This document shows positions 52,305-64,000 of a stretch of 64,000 nucleotides of DNA, piece by piece. This DNA is from the human T2T-CHM13v2.0 reference genome, Homo sapiens. The stretch lies in NCBI RefSeq assembly GCF_009914755.1, contig NC_060933.1. The stretch is one strand, 5' to 3'. A program made the translations under genes and the position numbers. The notes beneath the pieces are model-generated. The model did no database searches. It was not told the origin of the DNA and saw only the letters and a program-made list of their open reading frames with translations. The stretch's first letter is position 1; each line of letters begins with the position of its first letter.

Positions 52305-53399
52305 TATTGGGGGAAATTCAGCCAGATATTGGGCGAAATTCACCCCCGATATTTCATGTAGATTCTTTTCTATTTTCTCTAAGTGTCAGCCGGTCTGAGA
52401 AATAAAGGGACAGAGTACAAAAGAGAGAAATTTTAAAGCTGGATGTCCGGGGGAGACATCACATGTCAGCAGGTTCTGTGATGCCCCCCGAGCCATAAAA
52501 CCAGCAAGTTTTTATTAGTGATTTTCAAAAGGGGAGGGAGTGTGGGTCACAGAGATCACATGCTTCACAAGGTAATAGAATATCACAAGGCAAATGGAGG
52601 CAGGGCGAGATCACAGGACCACAGGACCGGGGCAAAATTAAAATTGCTAATGAAGTTTTGGGCACACATTGTCATTGATAACATCTTATCAGGAGACAGG
52701 GTTTGAGAGCAGACAACCAGTCTGACCAAAATTTATTAGGCGGGAATTTCCTCATCCTAATAAGCCTGGGAGCGCTACTGGAGACGGGGGCTTATTACAT
52801 CCCTACAGCTTCAACCATAAAAGATGGCCACCCCCAAAGCAGCCATTTTAGAGGCCTACCCTCAGGGACGCATTCTCTTTCTCAGGGATGTTCCTTGCTG
52901 AGAAAAAGAATTCAGCGATATTTCTCCCATTTGCTTTTGAAAGAAGAGAAATATGGCTCTTTTCTGTCTGGCTCACTGGCAGTCAGAGTTTAAGGTTATC
53001 TCTCTTGTTCCCTGAACATTGCTGTTATCCTGTTCCTTTTTCAAGGTGCCCAGATTTCATATTGTTCAAACACACATGCTCTACAATTTGTGCAGTTAAT
53101 GCAATCGTCACAAGGTCCTGAGGCAACATACATCCCCCTTAGCTTACGAAGATGATGGGATTAAGAGATTAAACCAAAGACAGGCATAGGAAATCACAAG
53201 GGTATTGATAGGGGAAGTGATAAGTATCCATGAAATCTTCACAATTTATATTCAGAGACTGCAGTAAAGACAGGCGTAAGAAATTATAAAAGTATTAATT
53301 TGGGGAACTAATAAATGTCCATGAAATCTTCACAATTTATGTTCTTCTGCCATGGCTTCAGCCAGTCCCTCCGTTCGGGGTCCCTGACTTCCCACAACA
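52305..53399 (-). mobile_element. MER11 solo LTR (ERVK class), ~1.1 kb
   Basis: Minus strand begins tgttgtgggaagtcagggaccccgaacggagggactggctgaagccatggcagaagaacataaattgtg; internal repeat ccatgaaatcttcacaattta twice; flanks actaa/agtaa. Confidence 0.9.
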
Positions 53400-55286
53400 A
53401 GTAAGGCTTCTTCTGAAATTAGCTAACCATTTATTGGTTATTAGTCAAGTATCTATGTTCTTTAGCTAGATGTTTTAGATGTTTTCTTTTTTCTTTTTTT
53501 TTTTTTTTGTATCCAGATACCAATAATTGTCTGGTCAATCTTTTTACTTTGAAATTGTCCTTACCGAGAAAGAATATTTCAAATGGCCAGCTCAGCCCTC
53601 TCTTTTTGCAAACTTTGAAATAAAACTTTGACATAAGCTCAAATTTTTTTAAATTTTTATTTGAAAATTGTGAATCATTTAAATAAAAATGAGAGGGAGA
53701 GAAGAGGGGGTAATAGAGAGAGGGTGGTCAAGGAAAATAAGAAAATGATTAGTGGAAATCAAATTATTAAAATTTTCAGGAAAAAATCATGAAAATTTAA
53801 CAAAATAAAGTGATTATGATTACATTTTAAAAATAATGATAAAATTGCAAAGAAGCTAAATAAGAGGATTTCAGTCATAAATATCAACATGCAGAGAGTA
53901 CTGTGTAGTATCATAATGCTTTATTCTAATTAAGGCACTAGTAGTATTTACAAAATCATTAGATTGGGTTCAAATAAGTCTTTATCCCTTCTAATAAAAA
54001 TGTATTTCTACCCTTATACAAGACAGAGTGCAATTATTATAATTCTGAGAAAATTTTAATAGTTTTATTAGCATATGCCAACATGAAATAAAATCAGTAG
54101 TGGCTTATTGTCATTGCTGTTTCCATTTAAAATAATCATTTATATCACTCTCAACCCAAAGGAGATTTCACAGCAGAAATCACCTTGTGCCTTTATTCTT
54201 AATCAGGGCTCTGTTGTGTCAGGAAAAAAGGAAAACTTGACCTTCTTGTTTTTAATGACCCAAGGGTAGTTATTTATTACATTAAATGTCATGAAAACCC
54301 ACAAAATACAAAGGATTTCAGGCTGACACAGTATATCATCCCCACTTTCATACAAAGATTAATAGTCCAGGTACCAAGCAAAATACCAACAGAGAATAAT
54401 CCTGACACCTGTTTCAACATCTGATGATGACACTTTGCTGAATAAAAGTTTAATCACTCATTTCCTATATTGCACAGACAGTTTTGTAACGAGACTACAT
54501 AATTACAATTGAGAGAAGTTATATCATTGGCTAATACATAATTATATCTGGAAGCATAACCACTATATTGGGAAATTGAATCATTTCAAAAGAATGCTTT
54601 TCACACTCACAGTATTCAGGGAACTATTTAACGAGAGGGGTCTCTGGGCTCCTGCTCACACATTCAAATTCTTAGGTGCAATTTGGGAAAGATCCAGAAG
54701 GCCCAGAGAAAGGGTTTTGGTACTTGGTGTTAGAATAATTCAGACAAAAGGACAGTATATAATATTTTATAAAGAATCTTTTGCTAAGTTTCAACTCTAC
54801 AGGATTCATTAAATTTGGAAAATAGTTGACTGTGCCCCTTTTTTAATCTAGAGCAATTCAAATTCTTGAAGTTCCATGTGTAAAGATCAGAAGAAATTGA
54901 AATCTTTCAATCATTGTCATCCCTGTCTGTAAGACAGCCCATTCTTAGATTGTTAGGCAGAGAGGCTGGATTCTCTCAGAATCACCCTCAAACTTATTCT
55001 GTATCAAATTCTATTTTGAAGAAAGTTGCTTCTCGAGTTCAAGCTTTTAAATGAAATTAGCATGAAGTAATAAATTCTTTCCCTAATGCAAACTGGAAAT
55101 GGGAGTATGTAAGGAGTGCCAATGAATATTAACTAGAAGTCCTATCCACATTATTAGTTAGTTTGATGGTACTTTGTATGTGTCTCTGAAGGGTTCTTAT
55201 TTGAAGAGGGCCTTTAAATGTTCATAGACTTAGTTGCTCAACACGTTGAGAATTTCAAACACTGTGACCAGTGAGAATTGATTTTT

Positions 55287-55578
55287 TTTTTTGTTTTAGA
55301 TGGAGTCTCGCTCTTTCACCCAGGCTGGAGTGCAGTGGCGCGATCTTGGCTCACTGCAGGCTCCACCCCGCGGGGTTCCCGCCATTCTCCTGCCTCAGCC
55401 TCCCGCGTAGCTGGGACTACAGGCGCCCACCACCTCGCCCGGCTAATTTTTTGTATTTTTACTAGAGACGGGGTTTCACCCTGTTAGCCAGGATGGTCTC
55501 GATCTCCTGACCTCGTGATCTGTCCGCCTCGGCCTCCCAAAGTTCTGGGATTACAGGCGTGAGCCACCACGCCCGGCC
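55287..55578 (-). mobile_element. AluY, AluYe-like lineage
   Basis: CpG-rich; sense strand has gggcgaggtgg, gaacccc and ggagcctgc; perfect 14-bp TSD gagaattgattttt at 55273-55286 and 55579-55592. Confidence 0.9.
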
Positions 55579-56047
55579 GAGAATTGATTTTTGATCTTTT
55601 TAAGTCCTATAACATGATTGTGGCATGAAATACTACACTTAAATGCAGCTGGATCCTTAGTTAGGGTAAACAAAAAGTTGATCAATAAATCCACAAATCT
55701 TTCAATTTGAAACCCAAGACAAAGTTTTAGAAATCAGAGTCAGTAAATTTTAGAGGAGAAAAGGAGCTTAACCCTGTACTCTAACACCTTCCTTCCACCT
55801 GTCTCCTGTTCCTTCTTCAAGAAATAATTGAGTGTCTCTGTGTTCAAGGCACCGAGTTTATTTTACAGATAAAGAAACTGACGGCTAAAATATAAAACAG
55901 TTTCCCCAAAGCACTTGGCCAGAGCTAGGCTTTTGTTGATGACCATCACAAAACAAGCTGACAGCTCTTTGCTCCATCATGTTATTTCACATTAAAAATC
56001 TGAATTTACATACATCAGTGGAAACAATGGCAAAGATAAATATATGA

Positions 56048-56370
<323 letters not shown>

Positions 56371-56487
56371 GAAACAAAATGAAAATATGAAACATTTCAG
56401 GAGTATAGAATGCTTTATTGTATTCTAATAATTCCCAAACGATCATTGGTAACACAATCAGAGATGGATAAAAAAAGAGACACACTC

Positions 56488-56765
56488 GCCTGTAATCCCA
56501 GCACTCTGGGAAGCTGAGGCGGGAGGATTACAAGGTCAGGAATTCAAGACGAGCCTGCCCAAAATGGTGAAACCCCGTCTCTACTAAAAATACCAAAAAT
56601 TTAGCCCGACGAGGTGGCAGGCGCCTGTAATCCTAGCTACTCGGGAGGCTGAGGCAGAGAATTTCTTAACCCGGAGGCACAGGTTGCAATGAGCCAAGAT
56701 TGTGCCACTGCACTCCAGTCTGGGCGACAGAGGGAGACTCCGTCTCGGGGAAAAAAAAAAAAAAA
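56488..56765 (+). mobile_element. Slightly 5'-truncated AluSg-like element
   Basis: Starts at gcctgtaatccc; TSD gacacactc at 56479-56487 and 56767-56775. Confidence 0.88.
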
Positions 56766-57249
56766 TGACACACTCTTGGTCTGATGTGGAGTGACTTTCC
56801 ATAGGACAAATATTTATATCCTAAACTTGTTCCATGTGCCTCATCTTTATTTATGGAAGCATTCTAGCTGACCAGCTGTTTTTACTGATGGAATGCAAAT
56901 TATTTTTGTCACTTGAAATATTATATTCATATTATCTAGGTTTTAATAAAAAGAAGGGCTGGTTAAGTGAAAGAGATCTTAAAAGCATTGGTAGATGATT
57001 TACTAGTTTAGATCATTTCATCAGTGGGATCCAAGTGGAATGTGGCACTCCCAGCATACATGAGAACATCCACTGTAGTTCAGCAAGAAAATACCAGAAC
57101 TTCATTTATATACTCAAATTTTATCGTTTTCTAATTTCTATTTCATATATGTTTATTGGAGTAAAAACTATGAATATGACATTCAAAGTACATAATTCTT
57201 AGTATAGGGTATAATAATAGCGTAAGATTTGTGAATATGCAAATTAGTT

Positions 57250-57520
57250 TTTGGGTTAAATGCGTAGGCTCCAGGACCAGATCTTCTGAGTTTCAAATTT
57301 AAAAGTGGCTCTGCCAATTATCACTTACCTATGTGATTGTTGGCCAAGTCTCTAAACCTTTCTTTCCCTCAAGTTTCTCATTTACAAATACAGATAATAA
57401 TAAAAAATATTTCTCACTTTATAGAATTGTCAGAAACTTTAAATGAGCAAATACATATGAAGCATTTAGTATAGCACTTGTCATATATTAATAATAAGCA
57501 GCCAATAAATGTTAGTTATA
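57250..57520 (+). mobile_element. MIR
   Basis: ttggccaagtctctaaacctttctttccctcaagtttctcatttacaaa...aataaatgttagtta. Confidence 0.68.
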
Positions 57521-60139
57521 AAAACAATTATTAAATATATATTATTACATGTATATACACATATTTTGAAAACAGTACCAAAACTTTTTTTTAAAATTTA
57601 ATGACTGTACAATGAAATATATAGTGAGGAGATATGTATTTCATTATCTACTCTTATCAAAATAAAAAAACGGATGAAGACAAACAGATAAGGCAATATG
57701 TTTTATGTAAAAATTGAAGATTACCATATGCCAGCTCTGTGTTGGGATTTGAGGGAACTCAAAATTATTAAGACACTGACCTTGGCTTTTAAAGGATTTA
57801 AGATATTGCAGGAAGTAGGGAATAGAGGCAAAGAAGTGGAATCTGGAAAAGTACATAGCTAATTTGAAAAACTTTGAAAACTTCTATAATACAGGTACAA
57901 TTACAAAGAAGTTACAAAAAAGATCATGTAAAATTGAGTTGTTTTAGGATGTGTCAAGCAAGTCCCCAGAGAGGAACCGGCATTTGAACTTGGACTAAAG
58001 GACAAATCACATTTATGAAACCAATATACACAGAGTGTCTTAAGCAGAAGAGATGAAGGAGACATTAACAAATACACACAAACTAAGTATATAAGATTAT
58101 AGAAGAGGGTTTAATTTATGCCAAGAAGTTCCAAGAAGGCCTTTCAGAAAGACGTTTAATCTGACACCAGGATGATTAGTAAAAATTAGGATGAGGGATT
58201 TTTAAGCACCCTTATCTGCTAGCCATCTGAGAATACAGAAAGCTCAATCTCCATTTTGTTTCCATTAACTGCCAAAAGTCCCTTGCATCAGTTGAGTACA
58301 TGCTACATGCACTATGCTAACTTGGCTATTTCACCTACATGACAATGTATATCCGTCATTATCCTTATGTTGAAGAGGTTAACTCTCTTTTTCTTAGAAA
58401 AACTAAGTTCTTAGAAATATATTCTTTTGTACTGTATTAATGTATTCCAATTATGTTTCTTATGTTTCACAGAACAATGTGAAACTTTGAGGTCTGAAGA
58501 TTCGGCTCAACTATTCTTGAAGCACGAATTATAAAGATGCATTCAGCATGTGATGCATTTTGTCAGTATGAGTTCCATATATATTTGTGAGAAAAGAGAG
58601 ATATAATTTTCATGAGAGAGCTGAAATTCTAGATTGACCTTTCCTTGTTTATCTCAGTTGGAGAGCTAGAAGAAAAGTTTCTGATGAAGATTTCTCCCTA
58701 ATTTGTGTCAAACAAATGTCTTAAAAAGACAAATAAAAATCTTATAAATGTGACTGAAAAATGTTTCTACCTTAGATTAAACATGTTGCTTTGTAACTTT
58801 ATTAGTAAAACCTTTCAGAACTTTCAGATGATTATTGGAAGCAAAATATGTAAAATAGCTAAAAGTAGAGCTGTTCAAGGTGAAATAAGTTTGGTAGAGG
58901 CCATGAGGGTTCTATGGATTATAATTGAAACTTGAATATTGTGAGGATGAAATTTTAATGGATTCATTATTCTGAAAAAACAGAGTGTTAAAAAAAGATA
59001 CTTTCAAAAGACGTTCATTCTATTTGCTTTCTCCCTTTTCTACTGTTCACATAAAAGTGGGTTGATAGTAAAAATGAAATATTATATTAATTCATACAGG
59101 GTACGAGAACAGCCAGCTGTGTTAGCAGTTACTAACTTTCAAAGGCTCCCTGTCTGCTAATTTAAGTCACAGTTCTGTCTGCCACACAGGGTATGGGCCA
59201 ACTTTTAGAGTCCCCATAATGCAGTCCAGTCAAACCCAGTCCCTGCCTTTGTTGGGACTAAGCATAACACAACAAAAAGAGATAAAGAGGGAGTTTGAAT
59301 GGCCATTCTCTCAGACATCTGTGCATGAGTCACATCAAAAGACTATCAGCAAGGAATACACATATGCTGCAGCCATACAAGAAGCAACTGAGTTGAAACA
59401 GGTACCTGGCCCTTCATCCCACCAGGATTCCCATGTTCTTTCAAGGTTCACTGAGTTAATATCAGGCTACAATTGGACTAATTTGCTTCACAATCGGAAC
59501 AAGAATGACTCAAAGCACTTCTGTCCTTATAAACACCTAAGAAATGCAAAGGAAAGAATTTCTTTAATTTCACTGTTTCTATAGAACTGAAATACATTGA
59601 GTGACAACTCCTCGTTGTAAATTAGCACTTGAAAAAGTTAAATACAGATCATGAACATCAAATTATACACATATTTCTATTTATATCATTGATTTATTCA
59701 TAAGCATATATTATATTGTATAATCTCCAAATTTCTGTTTGGGAGAAGAAAATTAATATTTAAAGTGTGAACTATGTGTTCATCTTAGTAGAACCTCATG
59801 ATAACTTTGGGAGTTGGAGATTATTTTTATCAAGTTCAAAGAGGTTAAATAGCATGCACAAAGTCACTTGCAATGGTCAGTGATAGAATGTGACACTTGT
59901 TTGGCTGAAGCTAAATTTCATGCTTTTTCACAACTATAAAAAAAACAGTCTACTTAGAAAATGAGCTCCAAAGGACAGAGAGATCAATTGTTGTATTGTC
60001 TATTGACAAGAATTCCGCCTGGCATTACTGGTCATGTGGGTATTTAATTAGTAAGTATGTCCCACAAAAGAGATCCCTATATTTGAAAATATAAAGACCT
60101 AAGATTACTATTGGAAATGCTTATTACTAAAAATTGTGA

Positions 60140-60370
60140 TAACAATAAAACCATCATTTCTTGTGTGCTTTCTCTAGGCTAGGCACTGTACTAAGCAAAC
60201 ACTTGACAAAACACTACTTAATCCTCATAACAATAATCTTTATTGTTTCCCACTTTTTACAAGTTAAAAACTGAAGCTTAGAGATGTTCAGCTGCTTGCT
60301 ACATACACTTGGTTAGTAAGTGGCAGAAGGAGCCTTAGAATGTAGGGCTGACTCAAAAGCCTCTTCCATT
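60140..60370 (-). mobile_element. MIR
   Basis: aggcactgtactaagc...ttaatcctcataacaa...aaactgaagcttagaga...agtaagtggcaga. Confidence 0.7.
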
Positions 60371-60574
60371 AGTTAATAGTTTAAAACTCTTTATAGTCAG
60401 TGACAATTTATGTATTGCATTTATTAGAAATAATTACAAAGTATGAACTGCCCAGCAGACAGAAGAGAAATAAACATTTAAAGAGTCAGGATCTACACAT
60501 GAAATCAAATTTAACACAATGTATAATGGGAAAATTGGGGCTTCCATATAGATTTCAAAAGTAATAGGGATGGC

Positions 60575-60884
60575 CACCCACCTTCCGTGACTTGTGGCCC
60601 CTCTCCTCCTCCATTCTCAAAGCCAGCAATAATGGGTGGAACCCTGTCAGTCTTCTAATCTCTGCTCCTTCTTTCATCTATCTTTTTCTTTACTACTCTC
60701 TTATATGGATTTATATGATTAGATTAAGACCACTCAGATAATTCAGGATAATCTCTCTGTTTTAAGATTCCAAATCTTAATTGTATCTACAAAATTGCTT
60801 TTATCATGTAAAATAAGAGATTTATAAGTTTCAGGGATTAGGGTGTGAACATCTTGGGGGGCTGTTATTATTCTTCCTACCACA
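60575..60884 (-). mobile_element. Partial MLT1 (C/D-like) LTR
   Basis: cttgtggcccctctcctcc..tcaaagccagcaat and terminus cagggattagggtgtgaacatcttggggg..ttcctaccaca. Confidence 0.7.
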
Positions 60885-60919
60885 ACCCCTCAGCAACATA
60901 CTTAAACTAGTAACACATA

Positions 60920-61235
60920 CAGCGTGAATGAATCTTAAATTTATGACACTAAATAAAAGTGTTACATACTGTATGATTCCTGTTATATGACATTTGGAAA
61001 AGACAAAACTATAGAGGCAGAAAATAGATTGGTTGTTTCCAGGAAATGAGAATGAGAGGAGGCGACTGATTACACAGGAGCTTGAGGCAATTTTTTGGGT
61101 GATAGAAATGTTTTACATCTTTCTTCTGATGGGATTATACTGCTGTGTGCATTTGTCCAAACTCATAGAACTGAATCCTAAAAAGAGTAAATTTTTATAT
61201 GTAAATTACATGCAAGAAAACTGATTGAAAACAAA
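60920..61235 (+). mobile_element. Old L1MB/ME 3' end
   Basis: acatactgtatgattcc...aaaactatagagg...tatgtaaattaca. Confidence 0.7.
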
Positions 61236-61321
61236 CAGAAAAGAAAAAGGTATTAATGCTTCACTGAGTCACCATGAATCTTCAAGTACTAGAATTTTAG
61301 GGCTTAAAGTACTAGAATTAG

Positions 61322-61503
61322 TAGGGTGAGAATATGTCCCTAATTTTCTGAGACTTTACTGATTTCAAACATTTTGTCTCATTGCTCCTATGGAATTCCA
61401 GCTATACGAATATTTTAGTGTGCAAAATATACTTTGTGCACCCAAGAAAAATTCCATCACACGTCAGTTGTTCCAGTTTTGCATTGGAAACATACAATCC
61501 CCT
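61322..61503. mobile_element. hAT-Blackjack-like MITE (MER81/MER94 group)
   Basis: Degenerate inverted termini tagggtgagaatatgtccc and ggaaacatacaatccct. Confidence 0.45.
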
Positions 61504-62851
61504 CATTCTCAAGGGTCACATAGCTTAGTTCCATCATTTCCAAGAAGCAGCAGCAGCCAGTGAGATTAAGTAATTTGCTTGAGGTCATATATCTTATTAG
61601 TATGAGAGCCAGGAGTAGAATTCATGTCTCTAAGCTCCAGTCCACTACTCTTATCACTGAACTGAAGGGTTCTTAGAAATCTAAGGGAAACTATAATTGT
61701 TTCTGTCAATCCCAATATTTAAGCATTAGTGAGACACCTGTGCAACTGCACAAATTGTGAATGATGCTGCAGTTAGCCGACATAATTGGTGGCAATTTCA
61801 GTAGTTATATTTACTTTTCCAGATGTGTGTGCTGCTCTTAGGCTCTGGAGAAATAGTTATATGGCATTAGACTTACTTATGAATTGGTCAAACAAACAGG
61901 TATCTTTAGACGTTCACTTAGGCAATATGTTCTAGGGATGGGGTCAGGAATATAACTTTAGGCACAGGACGCAGAAGTGGAGAAGACAGAGGCAGTACTA
62001 TATAGTACAGTTTAATGATGGGAGCCAGATCGCTCTCTATGAATGGCAGCTTCATTACCTTCAAAAGATTTCTTCTCAAAGATCCAATTCAATAGAGGAC
62101 TCTCAATCCAGACTGAGACTAGGGATTTGTTTACTTGCCAACTCCCTCAGACATCTGTTCCCCTTCTGTTTCCTTCTTGACGTTAAGAAGCCCTGTTTTA
62201 TCATGGCAGGACACTGAAACTCGGGGAGCACTTTTAGCTAGCTTCAAATGGCAGATTCTTATAGCACAGAAGTATAGTATGGTCTGATTGACAGCATCAG
62301 TAATTTAATGCACTTTGTCTTGCAGCTGCCAATCCATGGCATAAAATGACAGCTCATTTAATCACATTTCTTAGGATGAATAAGTTACTTTAATTTTTGT
62401 TAATTTTTTTTAAATATTGGCAAACTCATGCAATCACATTCATTCTCACCCTTATCCCATTGAAATTAAAACACTCACTTCATTTAAAGAAATGCTTATC
62501 AAAGAGTTGAATACAAACTATTCCATATGTTTCTCCATAACTATCTTGAGAAAATACCCAAACAAATTACCTACTGAAATTCAAGAATCAAGAAGCCAGA
62601 GACCTGCTTCAGAAGTAAAACATTTGACAAACATGTTGTCACAATAAGCCTCTATGGGATCATTCAGCCCACAAGATATAACATGTTAGAGGCAGAGAAA
62701 ACTGCATATAGCCAGGCAGAAACTACATAAAAGACATGCAAAAGCCAGTGTGCTGAAAATTCAAAAGTTAGGAAACCTGAGTTCTAGTTCACCTCAATCA
62801 CTAGTCATAACAGTAATGGAGGGCCTACTATGTGCCAGTGAATTGATGTGC

Positions 62852-63215
62852 TGTATTAGTTAAGGTTCTCTGGTTGCAAGCAATTGAAACTGTTACTGGC
62901 TAAAGAGAATGTACTGGAAATATATTAAAAGTTTATGAATTCAAAATGAAGAGTGGAGAAGCAGATTTCAAAGCAGAGAAGGGCTATAATAGGGCCAAGA
63001 AACAGAGACTATAGGACCTGTCCCATTCAACATGAACAGGCTTCAAACATTCTCAATTTCATTGTTGATCTGCCTTATATTCAAATTCAGATTGGAAATA
63101 TATGCTGAACATATTTTAGGTCATGTCCTGGGTTGGGACAAGGTCAGGGCCCACCCAATTACACCCACCAATGAAGAGATAGTTTCCCAAAATAAATTCC
63201 ATTGGATGTTAGGAC
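62852..63215 (-). mobile_element. Old MLT1 LTR
   Basis: tgtattagttaaggttctctggttgcaagcaattgaaac start, typical of old MLT1. Confidence 0.55.
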
Positions 63216-63299
63216 AGGCGATGGAAAGCTAGATTCCAGTCACTGGAATGGAAAAAAAGAAAAAAAACAAACTCAACAATTTAATTTTGATGCATATTT

Positions 63300-63782
63300 T
63301 TATACATCCATCAATGAGATCCATTTTGTAAATACAATAAAATCACATCATTCCAAAAGCTTTCCATGCTACTTGGAATAATCCAAACTACTTACCTCAG
63401 CTTACTAAGCTTCATCTCCAATTTTGTCTTGTAGTATTCTCCTTACACACTAACCTTGAGACACATGGGTTTTTTTCATCTTTAGACACATCAAGTTCAT
63501 ACTGGCCTTGGGCCTGTGCTCCAACTGTCCCTTTTGCCTGGAATGTCCTTACATTTCATGGATGAATCCTTCTGATCATTTGGATGACAGCACAAATGTT
63601 TCCTCATCAGAGAGGTTTTCACTGATCACCCAAGCTAAAATTAATCAATGACTTCCTATCATATCACACCATTTTCATTCCACTTAAAAAATATTACCTG
63701 TCACAACTAAAATATAAGATTCACTGAGAATAGTAAGCCTCTTTTGCATATTTGATAGTTCCTAGACATAGTAGGCACTCAG
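63300..63782 (+). mobile_element. L2 3' end
   Basis: ttgcctggaatgtcctt, tcctcatcagagaggttttcactgatcacc, cctagacatagtaggcactcagta. Confidence 0.7.
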
Positions 63783-63783
63783 T

Positions 63784-63809
63784 ACACACACACACACACA
63801 CACACACAC
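63784..63809. repeat. (AC)n microsatellite
   Basis: Uninterrupted AC run. Confidence 0.9.
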
Positions 63810-64000
63810 GTTTACAATAAATACTTTTTTAAATAACCAAACATAATAGATTTTATTTTATTCACTTTATAGAAGAGGACACTGAATTTAATAAAAATTA
63901 AGGAACTTGCACATCAAACATTTATGTATGGCATAATTCAAAGTCAGATCTGTTTGGATCCAAGGCCAGGCTCTTAAACACTGTCATGTACTGATTGTCT

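Noticed and set aside
59219-59584. 121-aa ORF with nearby AP-1 motifs (59326, 59506)
   Set aside because: No homology I can recognise; ORF length and motif count are compatible with chance in 64 kb.

Overview
AT-rich, repeat-dense primate (hominoid, probably human) genomic DNA. No intact host protein-coding exon is visible. One well-formed 159-nt spliced exon lies on the minus strand (36548-36706). I recognise it from memory, unverified, as a 5'-UTR exon of LINGO2, so the window is probably deep intron of that gene. The exon carries four upstream ATGs in all three frames. The rest is interspersed repeats: about 11 Alus, a near full-length Tigger1, Tigger2a/MER28, MER11, other solo LTRs, MIR/L2 fragments, several old L1s and one 5'-truncated L1PA3-like LINE-1. 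The most unusual structure is a three-junction rearrangement at the 5' end of that L1. A ~140-bp piece of the old L1M target is inverted (about 47041-47180). It is followed by a 503-bp inverted copy (47181-47683, 5 mismatches, no indels) of sequence 4.7 kb upstream (41978-42480), and this joins L1 ORF2 through a 4-nt microhomology. About 0.4 kb of target appears lost. The join puts a new ATG and a basic peptide in frame with an endonuclease-less ORF2, which is nonetheless disabled by one nonsense codon and a catalytic Asp->Tyr change. An AluSc/AluSp chimera without target-site duplication suggests a recombination scar. I see no evidence for a novel multi-gene system. Repeat family names and old-repeat boundaries are from visual recognition and are approximate.
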